Below are positions 1 to 9,348 of a stretch of 64,000 nt of DNA, piece after piece (positions within the stretch are counted from its first letter, which is position 1; each line of letters begins with the position of its first letter). The notes beneath the pieces are model-generated. The model was given only the letters and a program-made list of their open reading frames with translations. It had not been told where the DNA came from and did not search any database. This stretch comes from Candidatus Latescibacterota bacterium (GTDB taxonomy: Bacteria; Latescibacterota; UBA2968; UBA8231): assembly GCA_965215195.1 (NCBI GenBank), contig CBDCDC010000002.1, positions 4,480,001-4,544,000 on the forward strand, written 5' to 3'. The position numbers and the translations under genes are program-made.

Positions 1-44
1 AAAAAAAGAAGATGGACGAGCCGTTTACTTTTGGAGGAATAATA

Positions 45-196
45 ATGGCAGAGCACATAACCGTATCAGTCGATTCCGAGCGACATACATCGTCACCGGC
101 AATGTCGATTTGCTGGTTCTCAACCCGTTTCGCGGCATAGAGATCGCAACGCCTGAAGCATCGCTCGGAGATCAGGAGGATGGAAACGATGGCTAA
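45..196 (+). pseudogene. Collapsed toxin-antitoxin remnant: short N-terminus (MAEHITVSVDSE) next to a PIN-toxin C-terminal fragment
   Basis: GGAGG RBS before ATG at 45. Frame 80-196 reads ATYIVTGNVDLLVLNPFRGIEIATPE, resembling the IVTGDxDLLxLxPFRGIxIxTP tail of PIN toxins, and has no start of its own. Confidence 0.6.
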
Positions 197-1877
197 AGGA
201 ACGAGGCGCAAAAAGGGACGGCGGCGGGGCGCGGCCGCACGCGCCAATGCCGAGTTGGACGCCCATATAGAGTCGCTGGGCCTAGAGGCCATTGAAGCCT
301 ACAAGGTCTGGTGCCGCCAGCGCGGCTTTACCGGGGCCCTGAACAAGTCGTGGCAGGAGCGGCGGCAAGAGCGCATGGCCCACCAGCGCGACCAACGGGC
401 CGCCCAAGCCGAAGAAGCCCTGCGGCAACACGTCGCGCAACTGGGGCTAGACGGAGTGGCCGCGTACCAAGCGTGGTGTCGGCAACAGGGGCTGGGCGAC
501 GCCATTCACAAAAGCGCGGCCCAACGCAGCAAGGAACTCAAGCTCTACCAGCAGATCCAGAGCACCCAAGTCCTGCACGCGGGCCGCAAACACAGCCGGC
601 GCACCAAAGACATCATTCACCAGCTCTGGGCCGGAGCCATCGCCGAGGAAGAGCTGCGCACCGAGGTCTTGCGCCTGATCTATCGGGCCTTTGCCGGCTT
701 GGAGGGAGCCGAGCGGGCCCAGTTGCGGGACTTGCTCTTGCACGTAGAAAAGCGGGCGTCCAACCTGCTTGACGCGCGGCTAGCTCTCCATCGCTTGGGG
801 CAAGTGGACGGCAATACCTTCGCCGAAGCCCTCGGCGCGTTGGCGCGACACAGCAACGCTTGGCAGCGGGAACCGTCCGAGTGGAAGCCAGACAGCCGCA
901 ACTCCCGGCGGCAATTCGCCGCGCTGACGCGGTTTTTATTGGCTCGCTACGACGTGCCGGCCTGCTTGGATTCGGGGTGGTTCGGCGGCTGGGGGCCAGA
1001 AGCCCAACGCCAGCAGGAGTGGTTTGTCCACGTGGGCAGCGGGCAAAATATCCGCACGGCCGACCTGCCGCTCGTGCTCTCCAAGCGCATGGCGCATGTG
1101 TTTGCCGAGGCCCCGAGCGAACTGACGGCGAACGAGGCCCTGCGCTGGGCGCAAGTGGTGGGGCAGGAAGGCAGCACGGCACTGGCTCAGGCAGTAATAG
1201 CCACGGAATTAGGTCGCAATTTTGCCGACGAATCCTTCTGGAGCACCGTAGTCCTCTTCTTCGTGGAAAACCCCATGCTCGACCCGGATATGGTGGGGCC
1301 AATCGTTGATTATATCAATCACCAAAAATTCGTCCCCACAGAGGAAGGGGCGCCGCCGCAGCCCAACTACACCATGAAGGGACGCAGCGCGGTCAAGCTC
1401 CTGCGCCAAGTCGAGGAATGGCACGAGCGCTTAGCCCGCGATAACCGCCAGCCCGGAGGGAGTTGGGAGGCGTCGGGCATAGCCGGCTTTGAGTGGATGG
1501 ACGACAAAGAGGAAGGGCTGCGTTGGACCATCCGCGAGCTGACTTGCAAAAGAGAACTCACGCTCGAAGGACGGGCGATGAACCACTGCGTCGCCTCCTA
1601 TGTGTCCAATTGCCGACGGGGCAGCAAGTCGGTGTGGTCCATGCAGGTCGATGCGGAGGGCCACAGCGCACGGGTATTGACGATCGCCATGCACAATCCG
1701 AGCCGCAACATCGTCGAGGTGCGTGGGCGGTTCAACGCGGTGCCGCGACAGTCGGGAAGAAACCCAAAAAACAAGACATTGGGGCGGCCCTATCGAGCAT
1801 TGCTGGCGCGCTCTGGTGCCGTGTTGCGGAAGTGGATTGAGGCCGAGGAGTTGGGGCGGACGCTGCGGTCGTATTAG
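180..1877 (+). CDS. PcfJ-like domain protein with an N-terminal tandem repeat
   Basis: AGGAGG RBS. C-terminal ELTLEGRAMNHCVASY...SVWSM...LTI...VEVRGRFN is typical of PcfJ. Repeats LGLEAIEAYKVWCRQRG and LGLDGVAAYQAWCRQQG. Confidence 0.75.
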   Translation: METMAKGTRRKKGRRRGAAARANAELDAHIESLGLEAIEAYKVWCRQRGFTGALNKSWQERRQERMAHQRDQRAAQAEEALRQHVAQLGLDGVAAYQAWCRQQGLGDAIHKSAAQRSKELKLYQQIQSTQVLHAGRKHSRRTKDIIHQLWAGAIAEEELRTEVLRLIYRAFAGLEGAERAQLRDLLLHVEKRASNLLDARLALHRLGQVDGNTFAEALGALARHSNAWQREPSEWKPDSRNSRRQFAALTRFLLARYDVPACLDSGWFGGWGPEAQRQQEWFVHVGSGQNIRTADLPLVLSKRMAHVFAEAPSELTANEALRWAQVVGQEGSTALAQAVIATELGRNFADESFWSTVVLFFVENPMLDPDMVGPIVDYINHQKFVPTEEGAPPQPNYTMKGRSAVKLLRQVEEWHERLARDNRQPGGSWEASGIAGFEWMDDKEEGLRWTIRELTCKRELTLEGRAMNHCVASYVSNCRRGSKSVWSMQVDAEGHSARVLTIAMHNPSRNIVEVRGRFNAVPRQSGRNPKNKTLGRPYRALLARSGAVLRKWIEAEELGRTLRSY

Positions 1878-2213
1878 GGAGGGGTTACAAAACGTAAGCG
1901 ACCTATTACGGATTGGATATCCCAAGAAGCCGCCGATGCTCTCCACAGCTTCTCTATGGGGGCGAACAAATCTACCGGATCTAGCCACCCCTCAGACCAA
2001 GGCCAGTGGTTTAGGTTTCTGATTGCTGCCTATAAGGCTAACGGTGAGCTTGATGCTGAGTCATTGCTTGCGTGGTTGACCGAAGTAGAAAAATGGCCAT
2101 CCGACGTCGCTGAGGATCTTGTTGGTCAATATGAATTTGGGATAGGTTTGTTAAATACGTATGATCTCTCTGCCCCCAGCATGGCTGCCGCCAAACACTT
2201 TCTGAAGCTTTAG
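1878..2213 (+). pseudogene. Probably 5'-truncated hypothetical protein (ANKSTGSSHPSD...WFRFLIAA)
   Basis: Lower-GC open frame beginning immediately after the PcfJ stop. First ATG is at 1956 with no RBS. Confidence 0.4.
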
Positions 2214-2248
2214 TTGTTCTTACCCCGCATATCAGGCAATATACAGCA

Positions 2249-2506
2249 TTATCGTTCATCTCGTTCTTCGCTCACGATCTTTGCCATGGACCCTTTGAAC
2301 TTAGATGTGATTCTGAGCACTTCCTCCAGCGAGACCGGAGTCTCCGCGCCATCGGCATTTTCTTGACTCCATTCTAGGCCCCACAAGTCGTCTTCATGGA
2401 GGTCATCCAACGGCTCTTGAGACCGCTCAGGTTCTTGGAGTTGCTTTTCAATCCTTTGTTTGACTTCCCTCAGAGTATCAGGAGGCAGTTTGCAGAGCCT
2501 CATCAA
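2249..2506 (-). CDS. Small acidic hypothetical protein, antitoxin-like
   Basis: 85-aa ORF overlapping the MNT stop by 4 nt. Tail KGSMAKIVSEERDER. Confidence 0.55.
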   Translation of the reverse strand: MMRLCKLPPDTLREVKQRIEKQLQEPERSQEPLDDLHEDDLWGLEWSQENADGAETPVSLEEVLRITSKFKGSMAKIVSEERDER

Positions 2507-2838
2507 GCTCGATCATATAGCACCGTTCCCTCTCGTAACGCACGGGCAAGGACATGGTTGACTGAGTCGCGCCAGTGCTCGACCTCGTCGCGGCTATAAA
2601 GCAAGATGTCCGTCAAAGCGTCGAAACCGGCCACCGCCTCATAGACGCGAGCGGCCTCTAAACGTCGGCTCCGCGTCTTCCCAAACGGCTCGGCCTCCAC
2701 CACCACCAGATCGACATCCGAATCTGCCCGTGCGTCGCCGCGGGCGTGCGAGCCAAAGAGGATCACCTGCTCGGGATCGACCTCGGCGACAATGGCCTGA
2801 ACCATCTGGTCGAAAAGATGGTCGGTAACTTGTGTCAT
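2503..2838 (-). CDS. Minimal nucleotidyltransferase (MNT), copy 1
   Basis: LFGSHARGD...SDVDLVVV motif; GAAGGA RBS. Confidence 0.85.
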   Translation of the reverse strand: MTQVTDHLFDQMVQAIVAEVDPEQVILFGSHARGDARADSDVDLVVVEAEPFGKTRSRRLEAARVYEAVAGFDALTDILLYSRDEVEHWRDSVNHVLARALREGTVLYDRA

Positions 2839-3092
2839 TCCTTCACCTCGCAGATTCGGTCTGCCGGGTTTTAGCGATCACCAACGAGCATCGACGATGT
2901 AGAAGTGTCAATGAGGTTTTCGAGGGGTAAGTTAATTGCGACGTTTTTGTCACCATTAGTCATCCTTCCGTTTGGGAGAAAGCGCATTTCAGGTACATAT
3001 CCCGCTCCAATAGCGTCCAGCTTTGGCGGTCGAAGCACCGCCGCTGATAAACTCTTGAGCAACGTCTCCAAGCCGAACACGACGCCATTCCA

Positions 3093-3488
3093 TCACACCC
3101 CCTCCACCTCCGCCAGCCGCTGTCGGACCTGTTGCAGAAGGGCACTCACAAGATGCAGCGCGCGTTCTCGATCAATGGAGATTTCCTCGGTCATTTCCTC
3201 GTATCGAAACTGAACGGCGAATGCGCTGTAGGCCGTCAACTCCCGATACCTGCCTACATCTTCATCTCTCTTGGGGATCCTCTCGAGGAGATCATCGAGA
3301 TCATGCGTCAGCGGGTACACCTCTCCAAGGAGAGCGAGCCACGCCTTGAGCGACTTCTCGGCGGCTTGTTGCGCGTGGAAGCCGAAGACCTCATCAGAGC
3401 CGCCGGTGGAATCGTGCATGAGTTGCAGGATCTCGATGTCGCGGTCTGCGGCGGCCAACAGCACGCGCACACATTTAAGGTCGCTCAT
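3093..3488 (-). CDS. HEPN domain protein
   Basis: FHAQQAAEKSLKA and THDL motifs. Start MSDLKC at 3488 overlaps the MNT stop; the longer track ORF is an upstream extension. Confidence 0.85.
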   Translation of the reverse strand: MSDLKCVRVLLAAADRDIEILQLMHDSTGGSDEVFGFHAQQAAEKSLKAWLALLGEVYPLTHDLDDLLERIPKRDEDVGRYRELTAYSAFAVQFRYEEMTEEISIDRERALHLVSALLQQVRQRLAEVEGV

Positions 3489-3810
3489 AGAGCACCCGCC
3501 CTTCTCGCAGCGCTCGCGCCAAGACGTGGTTGAGGGAGTCTCGCCAATACTCGACGTCGTCGCGGCTGTAAACGAGGATGTCTTTTGGAACGCCCGATCC
3601 GGCGAGGACCTTGTACAGGCGGACCGCCTCTTGGTACCGGCTCCGCGTCTTCCCAAACGGCTCGGCCACCACCACCACCAAATCGACATCCGAATCTGCC
3701 CGCGCGTCGCCGCGGGCGCGAGAGCCAAAGAGGATCACCTGCTCGGGATCAATCTCGGCGACAATGGCCTGAACCATCCGCTCGAGGAGATCGTCGGTAA
3801 CTCGTGCCAT
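3475..3810 (-). CDS. Minimal nucleotidyltransferase (MNT), copy 2
   Basis: MARVTDDLLERMVQAIVAEIDPEQVILFGSRARGD...SDVD; GAGGA RBS; close paralog of 2503-2838. Confidence 0.85.
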   Translation of the reverse strand: MARVTDDLLERMVQAIVAEIDPEQVILFGSRARGDARADSDVDLVVVVAEPFGKTRSRYQEAVRLYKVLAGSGVPKDILVYSRDDVEYWRDSLNHVLARALREGRVLYERP

Positions 3811-3851
3811 TCCTCTACCTCCCGGATCAGGTCTGCCGGGTTTTAGCTCTC

Positions 3852-6452
3852 TCAAGACGCCAGCCCGTCGAACAGGTACTGCTGTATCCGGTCGAGTTCT
3901 TCGTGGCTGGCGATCTTGTGTCCCTCGGCATCGACGATGTAGAAGGCGTCTTGCGCTCGCGCCGCCACCGTGTTGATAATGGCGCGGTGGATGTTGAGAT
4001 CCAGTTCGTCCAGCAGGTACGCGATTCGGTAGAGCAAGCCCACGTTGTCTTGAGCTTCGATATCCACGACCGTGTAGCGGGCCGAAATCTGATTGTCGAG
4101 CGCGATGCGCGGCGGCTGGTCGTACTGCCGCTGCCGGCGGCGGCGGTCCCAACTGCTGCTGTACTGCGCCAGCAAGTCGCGGGCCTTTAGCCGCAGCGAA
4201 ATGACCTCGGCCACGCGCTCGCGCACGCGCTCTTTCTTCCAGTCGGGCAGCACCGGGCTGTCGTCAATGTCGGTCACTTGGAAGATGTCGAGCACGACAT
4301 CGTCGGCGCGGGTATTGACGTCAGCGCGGAAGATGTTGATGTCGTTGACGGCCAAAGCGCCGCAGATCTTGGCCATGAGCTGGCGCTGGTCGCGGGTGCA
4401 GATGACGATCTCGGTGTGCCCTTCGTGCTCGATAAATTCCACGACAAAAGGCTGCTCCCGGCTCAGGCGGGCGATCATCTCCAGATGCACCTTGATCTGC
4501 GCGCGGTTGTAGGCCACCAAGTAGCTGGGGGATAGCTGCTCGAGGTGCTCTTGGAACTGGACGACTCGCTGGGCCGACCAGCGGCCCTCAATGTGATCGA
4601 GGTGCTCGTTGAGCTTCTGGCGAGCGCACTGTTTGGCCTCTAGGGCCTGTATGTCCGAGTGCAGTTGCTCGGCCGTCTTGTAGTACAATTCCCACAGCAA
4701 AGCCCCTTGCCAGTCGGTCCAAGCATCGGGCGCAACGGCCGACAGATCGGCGTACGAAACCAAGTAGAGCGCGCGCAGCCACTCCTCGTTGGCGAACAGC
4801 CCGGCGAACTCGGCGATCATCTCGTAGTCGTCGAGATTGCGCCGCCTGGAGATCAGCACCATGTCTTGGTGGTGCTCCACGAGGAAGCGCAGCATGGACC
4901 GCTCCTCTTGGTCCAGCCCCATCCGCTCGCTCAACGCCTCGGTCATCTCAATGCCCCGTGCGATGTGGTCGTCGCGCTTCCACTTGCCCACGTCGTGCAA
5001 GAGCACGGCGAAGAACAACAGGTCGCGGCGCGTGCATTGGGCGAGGATCGCCGACATGCCCCCCTCCTGCTGACCGAGAGCCTCCAAGTTTTCCAGCGCG
5101 ACCAGCGTGTGCTCATCGACCGTGTAGATGTGGTAAATGTCGTATTGCACCAAGCAGGTCAGCCGCCCGAACTCGGGCAAGTACGCGCCCAAAACGCCCA
5201 AGTCGTGCATGCGCCGGAGGGTGCGCGCCGTGCGGTATTTGCGCTTGAGTATCTTGAAGAACAAGTCGCGGGCCGCCGGCAGGCGTCTGAATTCGCTGTC
5301 GATCAGCGGCACACTGGCGCGCACTGCACACTGCGCCTGATCGCTCAGTTCCAAATTCTTGGTCTGAGCCGTGAGGAAAATTTTTAGCAGGCGCAGGGGA
5401 GCGGCGGCAAAGTATGCCTCGCCATCGGTGAGCACGATCTCCCCTTCTATCGCAGCTACGCCGCGCTCTAGATACATGCTGCGGCTGCTGTTGCGCGGCT
5501 TGCGCGTCAGCCGCTGGAAGGCTCGCTCTACTAGATGGTACACAGTGCGCGCATGTAGGTAGTAATCGCGCATAAAGCACTCGGCCGCCAGCTCGTGTCC
5601 CTGGTCCTCGTAGCCCAAGGCAGCCGCGATCTGCGGCTTGAGATCGTGCTCTAGCACATCGCGCTTGCGGCCTACGGCAAAGTGGAGCGCGTGCCGCACC
5701 CGCCAGAGGAAGGCGCGGCTGCGGGCGAGGCTATCGCCACCCCCATCGAGATACTGAGCGCACAAATCGCCGCCGTCGGGCGCTTTGGCTTTGGCCTTGA
5801 GTGCCCACTCGAACATCTGTATCTCGCGCAGTCCGCCCGGGCTTTCCTTGACATTCGGCTCTAAAAGCTGGACGGATTGCCGCGCTGCGCGCTGCTGCTG
5901 GCGCAGCCGATTTAGCTCGGCAACCGTGCGTTTGGGTACGCGCTTGTAGAGCCGCTTTTGGAACTGGGCGAAGAGCGCGGCATCGCCAGCCAGCAGGCGG
6001 CCGTCCATCATCGCGGTGCGCGATTCCAGATCTTCGCGCACCGCCCGGACCACGTCGTCCAACGTGCGGCTGCTGTGCCCCACCTCAAACCCCAAGTCCC
6101 AGAGCGGATTGAATACGCCGGCAACCACTTCGGGAACCTTGTCCCTTCTCTTGGCGAACAGGAAGAGCAAGTCGACGTCAGAATGCGGCGCCATTTCGCA
6201 GCGGCCGTATCCGCCCAGCGCCACCAGCGCGTGAGGGCCAGTCGTCTGCGGCATGGCGTTGCGGTAAATAGACAGCACCACAGCGTCCATGGCCTCGGCG
6301 ATCCGCCGGGCCACGGCCTGCCCGTCGGCTCCGGCCTCGTGCTCGGCTTTGATGTCCGCGAGGGCCTCGCGCCACAGTGGCCGCAGGGCCTCTCCCATCG
6401 GCGCACCGGGCATTTGTTTTAGCGAGTCGGCAAATGTTTCTGCAAATCCCAT
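3852..6452 (-). CDS. glnD: [Protein-PII] uridylyltransferase
   Basis: ALGGYGR..APHSDVD NTase motif, LEPNVKESPGGLRE, HIYTVDEH/LLHDVGK HD domain, two C-terminal ACT domains. Confidence 0.93.
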   Translation of the reverse strand: MGFAETFADSLKQMPGAPMGEALRPLWREALADIKAEHEAGADGQAVARRIAEAMDAVVLSIYRNAMPQTTGPHALVALGGYGRCEMAPHSDVDLLFLFAKRRDKVPEVVAGVFNPLWDLGFEVGHSSRTLDDVVRAVREDLESRTAMMDGRLLAGDAALFAQFQKRLYKRVPKRTVAELNRLRQQQRAARQSVQLLEPNVKESPGGLREIQMFEWALKAKAKAPDGGDLCAQYLDGGGDSLARSRAFLWRVRHALHFAVGRKRDVLEHDLKPQIAAALGYEDQGHELAAECFMRDYYLHARTVYHLVERAFQRLTRKPRNSSRSMYLERGVAAIEGEIVLTDGEAYFAAAPLRLLKIFLTAQTKNLELSDQAQCAVRASVPLIDSEFRRLPAARDLFFKILKRKYRTARTLRRMHDLGVLGAYLPEFGRLTCLVQYDIYHIYTVDEHTLVALENLEALGQQEGGMSAILAQCTRRDLLFFAVLLHDVGKWKRDDHIARGIEMTEALSERMGLDQEERSMLRFLVEHHQDMVLISRRRNLDDYEMIAEFAGLFANEEWLRALYLVSYADLSAVAPDAWTDWQGALLWELYYKTAEQLHSDIQALEAKQCARQKLNEHLDHIEGRWSAQRVVQFQEHLEQLSPSYLVAYNRAQIKVHLEMIARLSREQPFVVEFIEHEGHTEIVICTRDQRQLMAKICGALAVNDINIFRADVNTRADDVVLDIFQVTDIDDSPVLPDWKKERVRERVAEVISLRLKARDLLAQYSSSWDRRRRQRQYDQPPRIALDNQISARYTVVDIEAQDNVGLLYRIAYLLDELDLNIHRAIINTVAARAQDAFYIVDAEGHKIASHEELDRIQQYLFDGLAS

Positions 6453-6543
6453 AGCTCTTTCCAATCCAAAGCCGATAAATATACGGCGAAGTTGAGTGCA
6501 AAAAAGCCCTCCGCATGGAGCGACTTAACTACAAATAATGTCC

Positions 6544-6572
6544 TTGACAATTGGGAATAATACCCATACTTT
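6544..6572 (+). promoter_or_regulatory. sigma70-type promoter with an overlapping Fur-like 7-1-7 inverted repeat
   Basis: TTGACA (6544-6549), 17 bp, TACTTT (6567-6572). Spacer holds TGGGAAT-A-ATACCCA (6552-6566). AT-rich gap ahead of iron genes. Confidence 0.55.
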
Positions 6573-6644
6573 TGTTTTATATATGAAACAAAAAAAGGTA
6601 AAAGTAAACTTTAGTTCTATTGGCAAAAAACATGTACTAGCGAT

Positions 6645-7922
6645 ATGACGACTTCTCAGCCATCCATGCGACGCGCAGCGAAGAATCCTTATCTTCATAT
6701 TTTTCAGCTACTTATCCTTCTTGCCTTCCCGCCCGTGCAAGGTGCGAGTGCTTCCTCGAAGCCCTCCTTCCATCTAGAAGGCTACGGCGAACTGCTCTAT
6801 TCCCACTTCGATTTCGGCCCGGATCAGAAAAGCGGTCCTAATGGTTCCCCCCCGGACAGCCGCGCCACCATGGACATCACCCGCCTCGCGCTCGAACTAA
6901 AAGTTGAGTTGCTCAAAGATACGGAGCTGGAAGCCGAGGTGGAATTTGAGCACGGCGGGGCTGGTGCCGCGCTGGAATTGGAATTTGAGGAATTCGGCGA
7001 GTTTGAGCAGGAAATCGAAAAAGGCGGCGAAGTCATCGTCGAGGAGCTGGCCGTTGAGCGGACATTCAGCGATGCCTTCCGCATCCGCTTGGGGCATTTC
7101 TACGTGGCCGTGGGCCACTTGAGCGATCATTTCCATCCGGCCGATTTCTTTGGCACTCGGCGCTCGGAAGCCGAGACTTCCATCATCCCGGCCCTCTGGC
7201 ACGAGACCGGCGTGGAGGTCTCCGGGGCCTACCGGCGCTGGCACTACCAGCTACAGCTAGTCAATGGCTTGGACGCGACCGGTTTTAGCTCGCAAAACTG
7301 GATTGTCGGCGGCCAGCAAAAGCGCTTTGAGACGATTCAGGCGACCAACATGGCTTGGGTCGCCCGCTTCGATTATCAGTTCGCGCCGCAATGTGCATTG
7401 GGTATTGCTGGCTATCGCGGCGACAGTGCCGACAACCGCCCCAAACCCGATATGGCAGGAATTGACGCGCACGTCTCCATCGTCGATGTACACGGCAGCT
7501 TGGAGTGGGGGCGGGTCCGCATGCGCGGGTTGTACCTCTATGGGCATCTGCAAAATGCCGCCCTCGTCAGCGCCCGCAACCGCACCTTATCGAACAATCT
7601 CGATGTCTTGCGCTCGCCCGTGGCCCAAGCGGCGTACGCGGCCTTCGCCGAGATCGGCTACGACGTCCTGCCTTGGCTGGCGGCTTCCTCGCCCAACCGC
7701 TTGGACCTGTTCATCCGCTTGGACGCGTACGACAGCATGGCCGCGGTCCCGGACCAGACTTTTGACAATCCGCGCTTTGCGCGCCGGGTCTATACCTTGG
7801 GCGCGAACTACAACATGGAGGAAACCGTGGTGCTCAAGGCCGATTGCGCCATGCGGCGACTGGGTGCCGCCCGCTTTAACCCTGAAAACACCCTGAGCTT
7901 AGGGCTGGGGTTTCAGTTCTAA
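6645..7922 (+). CDS. Outer-membrane beta-barrel/porin associated with imelysin loci
   Basis: Signal peptide, EVEFEHGG motif, amphipathic strands, terminal LGLGFQF. Confidence 0.75.
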   Translation: MTTSQPSMRRAAKNPYLHIFQLLILLAFPPVQGASASSKPSFHLEGYGELLYSHFDFGPDQKSGPNGSPPDSRATMDITRLALELKVELLKDTELEAEVEFEHGGAGAALELEFEEFGEFEQEIEKGGEVIVEELAVERTFSDAFRIRLGHFYVAVGHLSDHFHPADFFGTRRSEAETSIIPALWHETGVEVSGAYRRWHYQLQLVNGLDATGFSSQNWIVGGQQKRFETIQATNMAWVARFDYQFAPQCALGIAGYRGDSADNRPKPDMAGIDAHVSIVDVHGSLEWGRVRMRGLYLYGHLQNAALVSARNRTLSNNLDVLRSPVAQAAYAAFAEIGYDVLPWLAASSPNRLDLFIRLDAYDSMAAVPDQTFDNPRFARRVYTLGANYNMEETVVLKADCAMRRLGAARFNPENTLSLGLGFQF

Positions 7923-8060
7923 GAAGTGGTCTGAAAATTCCGCGAACCGTCCCTTGTGTGCAGCAATCTAGGAGCGAGGGCGTCTCGCCCTCGACAAACG
8001 CGCCCTCCGAGGGCCGCTGGGTCCGCCGGGGGTTTGTCACGCCTAAAGGCGCGGTGAAGC
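7920..8060. repeat. Dispersed palindromic REP/MITE-like element, copy A
   Basis: Shares three sequence blocks with 43105-43225; internal palindromes CGAGGGCGTCTCGCCCTCG and CGCCTAAAGGCG. Confidence 0.6.
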
Positions 8061-8157
8061 AGACCGCTTATAAAAAAAGAGCCATTCACTGGGAAATCGG
8101 GCCCGGGCGGAAGTCGCCCGTGCGCTGGATTTCAATTCCGACGAAGGAGCTACTCTT

Positions 8158-9216
8158 ATGAAAGCCATGTTCTTGCCCTTGGGGATCGGACTGCTGGTGG
8201 CCGGCTGCGGCGACGACAGCGACGCGCCCACCGGGCCGGCCGCGGCCGAGTTCGACTTTGCGCCCATCTTGAGCAACTTCACCGACCAAGTAGTAATTGC
8301 CACGTACGCGGACTTAGACGAGCGGGCCGGCGAACTGCTCGCCGCGGTCGAGGCCCTGCGCGGCGATCCTACGGCCGAAAACCTCGGTGCGGCCCGGGAC
8401 GCTTGGGTGGCCACGCGCATCCCTTGGGAAGCCAGCGAGGGGTTTCTCTTTGGGCCGGTGGACTTCAACGGCTACGATCCATCGCTCGACAGTTGGCCGG
8501 TCAACCGCACGGACTTGGACGGGGTATTGGCCAGCGACAACGACTTGACGACCGCGTACGTGGGCGGGCTGGACGGGACCCTCAAGGGTTTCCACACCAT
8601 CGAGTACCTGCTCTTTGACGAAGGAGGCAGCAAGACCGCGGCCGATTTCACCGAGCGCGAGTTCGCCTATCTGATCGCCACGACCCAAGATCTGCGGGCC
8701 ACGGCCACGGCCCTGCACAACAGCTGGATACCTAGCGGCGGCAACTTTGGACAAAAGGTCCGCGACGCCGGAAATGGCAGCGACGCGTATCCGTCCGCCC
8801 AGTCGGCAGTCCAGGAAATGGTCAACGGCATGATCGGCATCTGCGACGAGGTGGCCAACGGCAAAATCGCCGACCCCTTTGTCGAGGAAGATCCCCGCCT
8901 CGTCGAATCCCAATTCAGCTTCAATTCTATCGCCGACTTCCAGAACAATATCCGCAGCGTCCAGCACGTCTACACCGGCGACTACGCGGGCACCGGAGAG
9001 GGCTTGGACGAATTCATCCGCCGAGCCGACGCCGACCTCGATCAGCGGCTCAAACGGGAAATCGAGACGGCCATCGACGAGATCGGCCGCATCCAGCAGC
9101 CCTTCCGCGACGCCATTGTCTCAGATCGGGAGCAAATCGAAACGGCGCAGGCGGCCGTGGCCAAAGTCCAGCAAACCTTGGAGGAAAATATCCTGCCACT
9201 GGTTTTAGGTAACTAA
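8158..9216 (+). CDS. Imelysin family (IrpA/IcmP-like) lipoprotein
   Basis: Lipobox LVAGC; WEASEGFLFGP; GFHTIEYLLF (GxHxxE). Confidence 0.88.
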   Translation: MKAMFLPLGIGLLVAGCGDDSDAPTGPAAAEFDFAPILSNFTDQVVIATYADLDERAGELLAAVEALRGDPTAENLGAARDAWVATRIPWEASEGFLFGPVDFNGYDPSLDSWPVNRTDLDGVLASDNDLTTAYVGGLDGTLKGFHTIEYLLFDEGGSKTAADFTEREFAYLIATTQDLRATATALHNSWIPSGGNFGQKVRDAGNGSDAYPSAQSAVQEMVNGMIGICDEVANGKIADPFVEEDPRLVESQFSFNSIADFQNNIRSVQHVYTGDYAGTGEGLDEFIRRADADLDQRLKREIETAIDEIGRIQQPFRDAIVSDREQIETAQAAVAKVQQTLEENILPLVLGN

Positions 9217-9240
9217 GTGATGGTACGCACGATAGGGTAT

Positions 9241-9274
9241 CCGCTGTTGGGTCGCCGCGAAGACCCAACAGCGG
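9241..9274. repeat. Perfect 13-bp intergenic hairpin
   Basis: CCGCTGTTGGGTC-gccgcgaa-GACCCAACAGCGG; no U-tract. Confidence 0.6.
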
Positions 9275-9348
9275 TTGAGCACCTCATCCCATCTGCGGAT
9301 CGGGTCATTCCCCGGGCGACCGATAGGTAATTAAACTCGTCTCTCACA

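Noticed and set aside
1875-2213. Stop-codon readthrough: the frame stays open for 111 codons after the PcfJ TAG
   Set aside because: The GC and codon-usage break at the stop points to a foreign truncated gene. Being in frame has a 1-in-3 chance, and no recoding signal is evident.
2871-3080. 69-aa minus-strand ORF between HEPN and MNT copy 1
   Set aside because: TTG/GTG-type start, no recognisable motif, and it ends in the glnD scar; probably debris.
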